Shown: piece by piece, positions 46,047 to 55,958 of the stretch | Numbering within the stretch: position 1 is the stretch's first letter | Layout: each line of letters starts with the position of its first letter | Source of the DNA: Roseibacillus sp. | GTDB lineage: Bacteria > Verrucomicrobiota > Verrucomicrobiia > Verrucomicrobiales > Akkermansiaceae | NCBI GenBank assembly: GCA_965242925.1 | Contig: CBDEUM010000029.1 | Location: 1 to 64,000, forward strand | DNA length: 64,000 bases | Direction of reading: 5' to 3' | Program-made: the position numbers and the translations under genes | The notes under the pieces: generated by a model | Database searches by the model: none | Told to the model about the DNA's origin: nothing | The model's input: only the letters and a program-made list of their open reading frames with translations

Positions 46047-46928
46047 CTACATGCAATACTCCATGGCTCGCAGCTGCGGTTGTGGGCTGCTGCAAGCTGC
46101 GGGGGAGACGAGGGGCCCCCGGCGTGTCCTGTCGGCGTCCAGACGCTTCAGGAGATCCACGTGAAGTTTTTTTTCCCAGAGCAGGGCGGAATGGATGGGG
46201 GACCAGAAATGGACGTTGTCGCCCTGCTGCCACCTGGGGCTCTTGAGAGGGAGCATGACTACGTCGAGCGGACTGCGGTAGGAGGTGGTGGGAACCTCAA
46301 AGTCTTCATAGATGTGGCCACTCTTCTGCAGGGTTTCAAGGAAGGGGCTCTCCGGTCGCATTTGCCTGGCACCCCGGCCAGGATAGAGGTAGGCCAGATA
46401 GGTGCCGTTGTGTGGAGTGGCGATGGTGTAAAGTCCCTGGCAGCGTCTGGCACCATCCAACTCCTGCAGGTAATAGCGGGAGATCAGCCCTCCCATGCTG
46501 AAGGCCACGATGGAGAACTCGGCGTTCTGGCCCCACTCCGCCTCAATGAGATCGCGGAGTTGTCGTGCCATGGGCTCGAGGCCCTTGCGACCGTCCACCG
46601 GCTTGAGGGAGGGCTCGAGACATTCGTAACCGGCGGCCACAATGGCCTTGCGGAGTGGTTGCATGCCGATGCGGGTGTCAAAAATACCGTGCAGGAGAAC
46701 GACCTTACCCTTGGACACCGGGCTCGATTTGGTGGCGAGATGGTGCTCCGACTTGAAGGTGGCTCTGCTGCAGGAAATCATGAGGATCGCCAAGGTGAGG
46801 AGAAAGATGGGGAGGATGGGCTGCAGGGGTGTTCGCCTGCGACTGGCGGAGCGCCAGGGTGGTGTTTTCGGGTGGCCCTTTTTCGAGGAGGGTGCGCCGG
46901 GGAACGGGCTGGGGGAGAAGATCAGCAT
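46047..46928 (-). CDS. Alpha/beta hydrolase (lipase/esterase-like), probable lipoprotein
   Basis: VLLHGI, AFSMGG nucleophile elbow, TPHNGT; lipobox-like MISC; true start probably downstream of 46928. Confidence 0.8.
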   Translation of the reverse strand: MLIFSPSPFPGAPSSKKGHPKTPPWRSASRRRTPLQPILPIFLLTLAILMISCSRATFKSEHHLATKSSPVSKGKVVLLHGIFDTRIGMQPLRKAIVAAGYECLEPSLKPVDGRKGLEPMARQLRDLIEAEWGQNAEFSIVAFSMGGLISRYYLQELDGARRCQGLYTIATPHNGTYLAYLYPGRGARQMRPESPFLETLQKSGHIYEDFEVPTTSYRSPLDVVMLPLKSPRWQQGDNVHFWSPIHSALLWEKKLHVDLLKRLDADRTRRGPLVSPAACSSPQPQLRAMEYCM

Positions 46929-47232
46929 GTCGGAAAGGCCGGAGGCCTCATAATAACGGAAGAACTTGTCGAACCATTCCCCCCTGTTGCGCGCCGGGTC
47001 CTGTCAGTGGTATCCGTGCGCAGTAGATGACGGGATCGAATTCGATGACCACGTGATCCTACCGGATTTATGGTTGCGGAGGGTATCGATAGTCTCAATC
47101 TGGACATCGAGGCAGTCGATCTACCAGGAATTCGGTATCCCGGGTGGAAATGGGTTTCCAGGGCGGTATTTTGCTGGACTGGACCCTAATCGTTGGCCCA
47201 GCGTCGCCCTTTCGATAACCATCACGTTCCCA

Positions 47233-47901
47233 ATGAAATCCTTGATTACCACTACCCTGATTGGCGCCTGCATTTCCGTCTCCGCTGCGGGGACTACCGG
47301 CAAGCAGACTGATTTCGAAGCAGCCAGGGAGCTGACCTTCGAGGAGAAGAAGGGCCTCCTCCTCGACCTCACCGGATCGAATCGGAAGCAGGGCTTCCTG
47401 CACGATGGCCCTGGGAGGGTGCCATTTTTCCTGGTTGCCCAGGATGAAGGCGAGGAACCGGAGAAGGAGAAGATCGCGGAAGAGGCGGGGAAGAAGGGCA
47501 AAGGCCCTGATGAGGGCGCTGCCAGGAAGGCTCTGGCCAGGACGCGGAAGGAACTTGAGACCGTGCAGAAAAAGATTGAGGGGGATCACGCCCTCTGGAC
47601 CCGTTCCGAGGAGCAGATGAAAGTGTCCCGGGAACGCCTGGCGCAACTGGAAGCTTCGGTCGCGAAGGAGCGCCTGCAGCTTGACAAGCTGCGCCAGTCA
47701 ATCGCGCGCATCGAACGGGAACATAACGACGATCACGACCGCGAAGAAGCGCTGGCTGCCGAGTTGGCCGGGCGCGAAAAGGCCCTCGCTGAATTCGAGG
47801 GCAAGCAGGACGAAATCACCAAGCTTGAAAAGAAGGCGGCCGAGTTGCGCCGACAAGCTGGGGAACTGCGCAAACGGGCCGAGGAACTTCGCGAGAAGTA
47901 G
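47233..47901 (+). CDS. Secreted coiled-coil protein with thioredoxin-like N-terminal remnant
   Basis: Signal peptide from ATG 47233; [21 protein letters not shown], then a long E/K/R-rich coiled coil. Confidence 0.6.
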   Translation: MKSLITTTLIGACISVSAAGTTGKQTDFEAARELTFEEKKGLLLDLTGSNRKQGFLHDGPGRVPFFLVAQDEGEEPEKEKIAEEAGKKGKGPDEGAARKALARTRKELETVQKKIEGDHALWTRSEEQMKVSRERLAQLEASVAKERLQLDKLRQSIARIEREHNDDHDREEALAAELAGREKALAEFEGKQDEITKLEKKAAELRRQAGELRKRAEELREK

Positions 47902-48044
47902 GGATCTGCCATCAGCGGGATCCGATTCCCTGTGCGGCCCCCGGTCCGGGCCGTTGCCGGTTGTTGCGGAGGTGGTGTTCAGCGATCCGGTCCGGGAACC
48001 CTGGATCCCTTATTACAGGGGCTGGACCAGTCCAAACGAACAAG

Positions 48045-48058
48045 TGTTCACCAGAACA
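48045..48058. promoter_or_regulatory. LexA (SOS) box, Verrucomicrobia type TGTTC-N4-GAACA
   Basis: TGTTC ACCA GAACA, perfect palindrome just upstream of the recA promoter. Confidence 0.9.
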
Positions 48059-48067
48059 TATTTCTTC

Positions 48068-48096
48068 TTGCCACCGTTCCAGATGCCCGCTAATCT
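48068..48096 (+). promoter_or_regulatory. recA promoter
   Basis: TTGCCA (48068-48073)-17 nt-TAATCT (48091-48096). Confidence 0.6.
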
Positions 48097-48121
48097 ATCG
48101 GCATACCAAATCGAAATTGTC

Positions 48122-49258
48122 ATGAGTACTGTTACTGCTAAACCTAAGCCAATGGCCAACCAGAAAGCCTCCTCCTCCAAAGAGCAGATTTCGCCCTCCA
48201 AGTCGGCCGCCTCTCCCGCCTCTTCTTCTTCACCTGTCCGGGACAAGGCCGCCGAAAAAATGGCGGAAGCTCGTAAGAAGAATCTCGATCTTGCCATTTC
48301 CGCGATCCAGAAGGAATTCGGTGAGACCGCTATCATGCGGATGGGCGATAAGAATTGCATGGATGTCGCCGTCATCCCCACCGGAAACCTCCTCATCGAC
48401 CGCGCCCTCGGAGTGGGAGGGCTGCCCCGGGGTCGGATCGTCGAGATCTACGGACCGGAATCCTCCGGGAAGACCACCCTTACCCTGACCGCCATCGCCC
48501 AGGCTCAGCGCCGGGGCGGACTAGCCGCCTTCATCGACGTTGAACACGCGTTAGATCCGCAGTATGCCCGCAAACTAGGCGTGAACATTGATGACCTTCT
48601 GGTTTCGCAACCTTCTTCCGGGGAAGAGGCCCTGCAGATCTGTGAAGCACTGGTGCGTTCTAACGCCATTGATGTGGTGGTCCTCGATTCGGTGGCCGCC
48701 CTGGTCACCAAGCAGGAACTTGAAGGTGAGATCGGCGACGCCACGGTAGGCACCCAGGCCCGCCTCATGAGCGCGGCCATGCGGAAGTTGACAGCCCTGA
48801 TCTCGAAGGCACAGACGGTCTGCATCTTCACGAACCAGATTCGCGAAAAGATCGGGGTGATGTTCGGCAATCCGGAAACCACTCCCGGGGGCCGGGCCCT
48901 GAAATTTTTCTCCTCCATTCGCCTCGACATCCGCCGAATCGGCCAGATCAAGGCCACCGACGGTACGGTGCAGGGCAATCGCACCCGTATCAAAGTGGTG
49001 AAGAACAAAGTCGCGCCTCCCTTCACCGAGGCCGAATTCGATATCATGTATGATGAGGGAATTTCCTCGGTGGGTTCGCTCCTCGATCTGGCCCTCGAGT
49101 ACAATCTCATCCAGAAACGAGGAAGCTGGTTCAGCTACGACGGGGAACAACTGGCCCAGGGCCGGGATGGGGCAAAAGAAGCCCTCCGGGCCGATGAGAA
49201 GCTTTATGCAGAAATCGAAGAGAAGGTGAAGGAGCAGCTCAACGTCTCCACCAAATAG
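48122..49258 (+). CDS. recA: Recombinase RecA
   Basis: [65 protein letters not shown]; start 48122 or 48152. Confidence 0.98.
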   Translation: MSTVTAKPKPMANQKASSSKEQISPSKSAASPASSSSPVRDKAAEKMAEARKKNLDLAISAIQKEFGETAIMRMGDKNCMDVAVIPTGNLLIDRALGVGGLPRGRIVEIYGPESSGKTTLTLTAIAQAQRRGGLAAFIDVEHALDPQYARKLGVNIDDLLVSQPSSGEEALQICEALVRSNAIDVVVLDSVAALVTKQELEGEIGDATVGTQARLMSAAMRKLTALISKAQTVCIFTNQIREKIGVMFGNPETTPGGRALKFFSSIRLDIRRIGQIKATDGTVQGNRTRIKVVKNKVAPPFTEAEFDIMYDEGISSVGSLLDLALEYNLIQKRGSWFSYDGEQLAQGRDGAKEALRADEKLYAEIEEKVKEQLNVSTK

Positions 49259-49333
49259 GGGACTGGAGAAGAGGAGGAGGCCCCTCCAATCACCGGCTCG
49301 TAAGATACCGCCGACCAACCCAGTGCCGCCACC

Positions 49334-50272
49334 CTACTCCACGAAGATCCTGCTCGCCCGCCGACAGCAGTGGCGCCCTCCCGGGAGATTGATCTTGGAA
49401 GGGGAGGACCGATCCAAAAGAGTGAGGCAGCGGTCGATCAGATCGCGGGACAGGTCGGGAACCTCCGAGTCCAGCAGGTAGAGAAAGAGGGCTCGACGCT
49501 GCAAGGGGCCGGGAAGCATGCGCAACTTGGGCAGGAAGAGCCGTTCCTGGGGATCCACGAGGTCGAGAACCCCGAGAAGATCATCAAGCGCCTCCTGATC
49601 CTCTCGACTCGCCCGAGCGGCCCGGACGATCGCGGGCACTACATCGCGCCCCATGAGATCCTGAAGAAGCGGTAGCGCCTCGGCCCGGAGTCTGTTGCGC
49701 GCGGTAAAGGGATCTTTGTTACTCGCATCCTCCCGGTAGAGAATGCGGCCCTCCTCCAGGTAGGCATCAATCTCTCGGCGCCGGACCTCGAGGAGAGGAC
49801 GAAGCAAAGAGAGTTTTTTCCGATCCACCGTGAGATCGGATTGATATTTCATGCCCTTCAGTCCGGCCGAACCTCGCAGGAGGTTGAGGAGCACTGTCTC
49901 GGCATTGTCGTCCGCATGATGGGCGAGGAGCACGGTTGGACACCGGTGTTTGCGGGCACATTCCACAAAAAACTCGTGGCGGGCACGGCGGGCAGCCACC
50001 TCGATGGAGATCTTTTCTTCCTCGGCGCGACGCTGGACGTTTGCCCGGGCAATCTCAAAGGGTAATTCATGGAGTTCAGCCAACTCGCGGACAAAAGCTG
50101 CATCGTGGACGGAGAAAAGCCCGCGCAACTGGTGATTGAGATGACAGAGGACGAGCTTGTCGGCTCCTGCCTCGAGGAGGGCATGAAGCAGGGCCACCGA
50201 ATCGCGGCCCCCCGAGATTCCGAGCAAATAGCGACGGCGGGGCGCGAAGCGCGAATCGAGAGGCAACGGCAT
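49334..50272 (-). CDS. tilS: tRNA(Ile)-lysidine synthetase
   Basis: SGGRDS, HLNHQLRG, EVAARRAR, LAHHADDNAET, RPLL, DASN, RNRLR. Confidence 0.93.
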   Translation of the reverse strand: MPLPLDSRFAPRRRYLLGISGGRDSVALLHALLEAGADKLVLCHLNHQLRGLFSVHDAAFVRELAELHELPFEIARANVQRRAEEEKISIEVAARRARHEFFVECARKHRCPTVLLAHHADDNAETVLLNLLRGSAGLKGMKYQSDLTVDRKKLSLLRPLLEVRRREIDAYLEEGRILYREDASNKDPFTARNRLRAEALPLLQDLMGRDVVPAIVRAARASREDQEALDDLLGVLDLVDPQERLFLPKLRMLPGPLQRRALFLYLLDSEVPDLSRDLIDRCLTLLDRSSPSKINLPGGRHCCRRASRIFVE

Positions 50273-50434
50273 CTTTTGCGGGTCCCAGCATAGGATGTTC
50301 CCGGCCCGCTTAGCAAGAAGGCAGGCAGAGGTGGCGGGAAGACAGCATATGCGTGGGCAGCGGGCTGATAACGAACGGTTTCACCATCAGGGCAGGGTTC
50401 ATTGTGCCCCGCGACCTGTGCCGGCACCGTTCTC

Positions 50435-51703
50435 CTATTCGATTTTATCGGCGCCGAAGTAGGGAACCAGCGGTTCCGGGATCGTAATTGAGCCGTCGGC
50501 CTCCTGGTACTGCTCAAGAAGGGCTACATAGAGTCGTGGGAGAGCGGTTCCGGATCCGTTCAGGGTGTGGCAGAGCCGGTTCTGTCCCTCCTGGTCCTTG
50601 AAGCGAAGTTTCATGCGGCGGGCCTGATAGTCTGTGAAATTGGAGCAGCTGGAGACCTCGAGATACTTTCCGTGCCCCGGTGCCCACACCTCGATGTCAT
50701 AGGTCCGGGCCGCGCCGAACCCGATGTCGCCGCCACAGAGTTCGATCACCCGGTAATGAAGGTTCAGCGATTGCAGGATTTTCTCGGCATGCCCGGTGAG
50801 CTCCTCAAGGGCCTTGAAGGATTCGTCGGGGCGGACAATCTGCACCAATTCCACCTTGTCGAACTGGTGGACCCGGATAATTCCGCGGGTGTCGCGTCCC
50901 GCACTGCCCGCTTCCCGTCGCCAACAGGGGGTGTGGCTGGCCATTTTTATGGGGAGATCACTCTCCTGCAGGAGAGTCTCGCGGTAGAGGTTAGTGACCG
51001 GAACTTCGGCGGTCGGAATGAGGAACAGTTCGTCGTTCTCGGTGGGGTAGATCTCCTCCGCAAATTTCGGTAGCTGGCCGGTGCCGGTTCCGCACTCGCG
51101 CTTGACGACGTAGGGTACGCCCACTTCCTCGTAGCCGTGTTCACGGGTCTGGATGTCCAGCAGGTACTGCACCAGGGCCCGTTGCAGGCGGGCTCCGGTT
51201 CCCCGGTAAACCGGAAAGCCACTCCCCGCGATCCGTACACCATCCTCGAAAGAAATCAGTCCGTGATGTTCTGCCAGGGCGACGTGATCCCTGGGATCGG
51301 CGATCGCAGGCTTTTCGCCCCAGGTGCGCAACTCGGGATTGTCTTCCTCGCTCGTGCCTTGCGGGATTCCCTCGTGGGGCAGGTTGGGGATGTTGAGAAG
51401 CAACTCCGTCTGACGTGCCTCGGCTGCCGAACGTTCTTCATCCAGCCCCTTGATCTGCTCGGCGATTTTCTTCACCTGCGCCTCGATGGTGGAGCTATCC
51501 TCACCCTTCGAGCGCAAGGTGCCGATCTCCTTGGAGGTCTTTTTGCGCTCGGCCTGCAGTTGCTGTTTCCCGGTTTCGGCCTTGCGGCGTTTTTCGTCGC
51601 AGCTCAGAACCTCGTCGATCAAATCCGCCGAATCGTCGTGGCGGGAGGACAGGCGCTGCCTGATGGCATCTGGATCTTCGCGGATGGCGCGGATGTCGAT
51701 CAT
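50435..51703 (-). CDS. serS: Serine-tRNA ligase
   Basis: N-terminal coiled coil, IPNLPH, LIPTAEVP, RREAGSAGRDTRG, HQFDKVE, EVSSCSN, TLNGSG. Confidence 0.97.
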   Translation of the reverse strand: MIDIRAIREDPDAIRQRLSSRHDDSADLIDEVLSCDEKRRKAETGKQQLQAERKKTSKEIGTLRSKGEDSSTIEAQVKKIAEQIKGLDEERSAAEARQTELLLNIPNLPHEGIPQGTSEEDNPELRTWGEKPAIADPRDHVALAEHHGLISFEDGVRIAGSGFPVYRGTGARLQRALVQYLLDIQTREHGYEEVGVPYVVKRECGTGTGQLPKFAEEIYPTENDELFLIPTAEVPVTNLYRETLLQESDLPIKMASHTPCWRREAGSAGRDTRGIIRVHQFDKVELVQIVRPDESFKALEELTGHAEKILQSLNLHYRVIELCGGDIGFGAARTYDIEVWAPGHGKYLEVSSCSNFTDYQARRMKLRFKDQEGQNRLCHTLNGSGTALPRLYVALLEQYQEADGSITIPEPLVPYFGADKIE

Positions 51704-51778
51704 GGGAATGCGGGCGGGATAAGAACAGTGAAGTTGCGTGAGTTCACGCGAAAACTTTGAAAAGACTAAACGGCGATC

Positions 51779-53521
51779 TTACGCTGGGTCCTCCTTCTGC
51801 TCGGCGAGGAAGGCCTGCCGCGAGAGTTCAGCGTAAAGTCCATCAGCTTCCATTAACTGGTCGTGGGTGCCCTGTTCCACAAGGGCTCCGTCGTCCAGCA
51901 CGTAGATGCGGTCCGCGTTTCGGATCGTTGACAGACGGTGTGCGATGACGAAGGCGCTGCGGTTGGCCATGAGGGCCTCCAGGGCTTCCTGGATGAGGCG
52001 TTCAGTTTCCGAATCAACCGAGGCGGTTGCCTCATCCAGCAGGAGGATGGGGGGATCCTTGAGCAGCGCGCGTGCGATCGAGAGCCGTTGTTTCTCCCCG
52101 CCGGACAATTTCACCCCTCGTTCGCCGACGTTGGTATCCAGCCCTTCCGGGAGGACCCTCACGAATCCTTCGGCCCGGGCGGATCGCAGGGCGGCCCAGA
52201 GATCGTCTTCATCGGCATCCCGTTTTGCCAGACAGAGGTTCTCGCGGACCGTGCCGTTAAAGAGAAAGGCCTCCTGGGTCACATAGCCGAGGGCCGAGCG
52301 CAACGAGGATTTGCGTGTTTTGCTCAGTTCCTGACCGTCGATGGTGATGGATCCATTTCCGTACTCGTAGAAGCGACAGAGTAAATTCACCACCGTCGAC
52401 TTGCCCGCGCCGGTGGGCCCGACCAGGGCGATGGTTTCACCCGGCCTGGCTTCGAGGGTGACCTCGTGCAGAGTCGGTTGTTTTCCGTAGGAGAAGGACA
52501 CCTTGCGGAAGCGCACGTGTCCGCGCACCGGGTCGGGGAGCGGTTCACCGTTCTCGGAGTGGGGTTCATCCTCCGCATCGAGGATCTCGAAGACGCGGTC
52601 GGCGGCGGCCCGGGAGGAAAGCGCCATCTGGTTGAGTTGATGCAACTTGCCCACCGGTTCGTAGAAGAGGGAGAGCAGGAGGAAGAAGAGGACCAGCTCG
52701 CCGAGTTCCATCCGGCCGTTCATCACCGCCAGACCCCCGAAGCCGAGAACGAGGACGTAGCCCACCATTCCGACAAAGGACATTCCCGGCGAGTAGAAGG
52801 CCCACCATCGCATGATACGCAGACTGGCCTGCCGCAGCTTGTCGGAGAATAAGTTGAAGCGTTCGTGCTCCTTCTCTTCCGCGGTGTAGGACTTGATCTG
52901 GCGAATGCCCGAGACATTGTCGTGCAGAAGGGCATTCATGTCGCTTGAGGCCTCGCGTTGCTCCCGGTAGCGATCCCGCGCGTCCTTGGTGTAAATCCAT
53001 GCCCCGAGCATCAGGAAGGGGACCGGCAGGGTGGCCCACAGGGCCACGGTGACATCGGTGTAGTACATCACGCACCCCACCGCCAGGAGCTGGATGAAGG
53101 CCACCAGGCCCAGTTCGATTCCATCGATGAGGACCCGTTCCATGGCCGCCACGTCTTCGACCACCCGCGTCATGATGTCGCCCGTGCGTCGGCCATCGAA
53201 CCAGCGAAGGGGGAGTCGCTGGAGCTTTTGGTAGAGATCTGAGCGGATGTCGAAAATGACTCGCTGCTCAAAGTGGTTATTCAGAATGATGCGCCCACAG
53301 TTCAGAACGTCCTTCAGGAAAAACCCCCCTAATCCAAGGCAAACCCAGAAGATCAGCTGCCCGTGGTGCTCGGGTCGCGGAATCACTTCGTCCACCACGT
53401 GGCCCGCCACAGAGGGGAATACAATGACACTGAGAGCCATAAGAGTGGCACAGAGCAACTGGGCGCTACCCAGTAAGGGGTAACGCCGCAGATAGCTGAG
53501 AACCCGGAGGATTGTCTTCAT
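51779..53521 (-). CDS. ABC exporter, fused permease/ATPase (MsbA/MdlB-like)
   Basis: TM domain; Walker A GPTGAGKS, LSGGEKQR, LLLDEAT, IAHRLST; start moved to ATG 53521. Confidence 0.93.
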   Translation of the reverse strand: MKTILRVLSYLRRYPLLGSAQLLCATLMALSVIVFPSVAGHVVDEVIPRPEHHGQLIFWVCLGLGGFFLKDVLNCGRIILNNHFEQRVIFDIRSDLYQKLQRLPLRWFDGRRTGDIMTRVVEDVAAMERVLIDGIELGLVAFIQLLAVGCVMYYTDVTVALWATLPVPFLMLGAWIYTKDARDRYREQREASSDMNALLHDNVSGIRQIKSYTAEEKEHERFNLFSDKLRQASLRIMRWWAFYSPGMSFVGMVGYVLVLGFGGLAVMNGRMELGELVLFFLLLSLFYEPVGKLHQLNQMALSSRAAADRVFEILDAEDEPHSENGEPLPDPVRGHVRFRKVSFSYGKQPTLHEVTLEARPGETIALVGPTGAGKSTVVNLLCRFYEYGNGSITIDGQELSKTRKSSLRSALGYVTQEAFLFNGTVRENLCLAKRDADEDDLWAALRSARAEGFVRVLPEGLDTNVGERGVKLSGGEKQRLSIARALLKDPPILLLDEATASVDSETERLIQEALEALMANRSAFVIAHRLSTIRNADRIYVLDDGALVEQGTHDQLMEADGLYAELSRQAFLAEQKEDPA

Positions 53522-53709
53522 GGGCACGGCGGAAATAGCGTGGAGGCAAGCATTTTGTAAAGAAACTGAAGGTTTTTCCGGGAATTTTAGGGTTGTGACG
53601 GTGGAAAGCTGGTCGTTACTGTGCATCCACACCTGCCCGCTGTCCAAGATCGCCCATCGATCCACACGACACCTGCATCTGACCCGAGACCCAACCGCAC
53701 TAAATAATC

Positions 53710-54621
53710 ATGGCAAACATATTTGCGATTCTGACGGCAATCGTCCTCGCCCTCTCTGCCTTCGTCGCCTTCAAGAACAAGGGAATAGATGAAGAGGGGA
53801 ACGGTCATCAAGGATGGATCTTGAAGCGAGGGAACGAGCAAGCGGCGCTCAAGCGCAAGCAGGACCATCTGGCTGACGTGGAGGCAGAGCTGGCGGAGAC
53901 CGAAGGGACCCTTACGAAGTTCAATGCGGACAACGAAGTCAAAACGAAGGAGAACGCCGACCAGGAGGAGAAGAACGAAACCCTGAAGGCTGAAGTGGCT
54001 GCAATGCAGGCGTCAGCCAAGGCCAAGGCCGCGGAGGTCGCCGAGAAGGAGGACAGCATCAAGGAGTTCGGTGATGTTGATCAGGTTCTCGCCGAGTTGA
54101 CCCAACTTCAGAGCGACCTTCGCCAGATTGCTCTGGATATTACCCAGGGGGAAGCCAACCGCGCCGACCTCGAAGCACAACGCACCGGGGTGGAAGCCTC
54201 GCTGGCCGATGTGCGCGAGCGCATCAGTTGGCGCGTTTCGGGCGAGAGCAACCCGGAGGCCGAGACCCGGATTCGCAGCGTCTACGCCACGCTCGGGTTC
54301 GTGACCTTGGCCGGAGGTGATAATCTCGGGATCGTGAAGAACTCCACTCTGGAAGTCCTGCGGGACGAGGAAGTCATCGCCAAGCTCAAGGTCACCACCG
54401 TGGAATCAAAAAGTGCCGCGGCGGATATCATTCCCGACTCGGTCGTTGATGGCGAGAGCGTGCAGGTTGGCGACACCGTGCGGGCCGCCCAGAAAGCCGC
54501 CCCGGAGCCTGATCCGGCAGCAGCCCCCGCCCCCAGCCCCGATCCGCTCGATGCCGATCCACTCGGTGATCCCGAGCCCGAGCCCGAGCCCAAACCCGAT
54601 GAGGCGGATCCCTTCGGTTAA
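53710..54621 (+). CDS. Membrane-anchored coiled-coil protein with C-terminal beta domain
   Basis: N-terminal TM, long heptad region, LGFVTLAGGDNLGIVKNSTLEVLRDEEVIAKLKV...VQVGDTV, acidic Pro tail. Confidence 0.8.
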   Translation: MANIFAILTAIVLALSAFVAFKNKGIDEEGNGHQGWILKRGNEQAALKRKQDHLADVEAELAETEGTLTKFNADNEVKTKENADQEEKNETLKAEVAAMQASAKAKAAEVAEKEDSIKEFGDVDQVLAELTQLQSDLRQIALDITQGEANRADLEAQRTGVEASLADVRERISWRVSGESNPEAETRIRSVYATLGFVTLAGGDNLGIVKNSTLEVLRDEEVIAKLKVTTVESKSAAADIIPDSVVDGESVQVGDTVRAAQKAAPEPDPAAAPAPSPDPLDADPLGDPEPEPEPKPDEADPFG

Positions 54622-54642
54622 ACCCCTTACTTTTACCCTAAA

Positions 54643-55452
54643 ATGAAGACTATTTTTTACATTCTTTCCGTCCTCGTCATCGGGGCCGCAGCTTACTTCA
54701 GCTGGGACAACTCCAATAAGGTCCAAGCTGAGATCGATCTTTTTGAGAGCACTCGTGCAGTAAAAACGACGACTGAAGACTCCATTGATAAGCAGGAAGG
54801 GATTCTTAAGAACACCAAGCAGGAACTGGATACAGCCCAGAATCTCAACGCCGAGCTCATCGCCGAGATGGAGAACATGAGGAGCCGGGAAGTTTCCTAC
54901 AACAAGTCCAAGGAAGCTGAACAGGTCAAGATTGACGAAGCCGACGCCCGGCTGGGGCAACTGGCTGAGATCAAGGCCAAGATCGACAAGGCGCTCGAGG
55001 GGGTTGATATCGCCTGGCCCCAGATTCCATCGGAGATCAAGCGCCTCCAGGAACTGCGCAAGAAGAAGGGTGACGATCTTGATCTTCTCAATGCGCACAT
55101 CGCCAAGCTCACCAAGGATGTTGCCGACAAGCGTGCGTCCAATGCCCGGGAGAGCGATCGTCTGTCCAAGATCCGGACCAAGATCGCCCGCAACGCCAAG
55201 GTTGGCGCCATCACCTCGGTCAATTCGACCTGGGGCTTCGTGATCGTCAACCTCGGGACCAACAACTCGAATGTGACGGCTCAGTCCAAGTTGCTGGTCA
55301 CTCGCAACGGCCGGCTGCTGGGACGACTTACGCCGAACTCGGTGGAAGCCAGCCAGACCGTCTGTGACCTGAATGCCCGCGACGTCAATCCCGGTGTGCG
55401 CATCCAGCCCGGCGACCAGGTGACTCTCGCGGATTCCTCCGCTGGACCGTAA
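54643..55452 (+). CDS. Membrane-anchored coiled-coil protein, paralogue of 53710-54621
   Basis: N-terminal TM, coiled coil, WGFVIVNLG...LLVTRNGRLLGRL...IQPGDQV. Confidence 0.8.
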   Translation: MKTIFYILSVLVIGAAAYFSWDNSNKVQAEIDLFESTRAVKTTTEDSIDKQEGILKNTKQELDTAQNLNAELIAEMENMRSREVSYNKSKEAEQVKIDEADARLGQLAEIKAKIDKALEGVDIAWPQIPSEIKRLQELRKKKGDDLDLLNAHIAKLTKDVADKRASNARESDRLSKIRTKIARNAKVGAITSVNSTWGFVIVNLGTNNSNVTAQSKLLVTRNGRLLGRLTPNSVEASQTVCDLNARDVNPGVRIQPGDQVTLADSSAGP

Positions 55453-55483
55453 CCCGCCAGGAGCGCCCAACTCAGTGCCTTTC

Positions 55484-55516
55484 AGACCGGTGGAGTGTGA
55501 TTCCACCGGTCTTTTT
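55484..55516 (+). terminator. Rho-independent terminator
   Basis: AGACCGGTGGAG / TTCCACCGGTCT 12-bp stem, then TTTT. Confidence 0.85.
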
Positions 55517-55650
55517 CGTGATCGGGACCGAGCAGGGATGGAGTCGGCAAACGTGCCGTCATAAATCCGCGATTGTCGACCACTGGCGGCCGGTGACTGC
55601 CAACTGATTCCCACGCTTGCCAGCAGGTGGCGATCTGCTACTTTTTCCGC

Positions 55651-55830
55651 ATGAGAAAGAGCCTCCTCCTCCTGCTCCTGCTTCCCGCGGGCTGCCTTCT
55701 CTGCAGTTGCGCCGTCGATGATGGGCCCAGACCCGCGGGCCCCCCGGGGAGCGATGTGAGCGCCATGCCGTGGAACACGCCCCAACCCGGCGAGGGGCAG
55801 GGTATGCTTGGGCATATGCTCAATCGCTAG
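55651..55830 (+). CDS. Small lipoprotein (59 aa)
   Basis: MRKSLLLLLLLPAGCLLCSC lipobox; SAMPWNTP..GEG motif; promoter TTGCCA-16 nt-TACTTT (TG extension) ends 6 nt before the ATG. Confidence 0.7.
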   Translation: MRKSLLLLLLLPAGCLLCSCAVDDGPRPAGPPGSDVSAMPWNTPQPGEGQGMLGHMLNR

Positions 55831-55958
55831 CACCGCTTTCCCTGGGCGATAATCTCGGGGGCGGGCAGATACCGGCGGTTTGCGGGAGGGTCAACGCTTC
55901 CGCCATGGGCGTGGGGGGCATTTCCCCATGAGCTCCCCCGGCAGGCCCATAGGGCCGA

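Noticed and set aside
47900..48010. AGGGATC...GATCCCT-bounded segment before recA as a MITE
   Set aside because: Only a 7-bp inverted repeat, no clear target duplication, and no second copy seen in the window.
47681..48121. Very long N-terminal extension of RecA suggested by the ORF track
   Set aside because: It overlaps the upstream gene and runs across the LexA box and promoter; the real start is at or after 48122.
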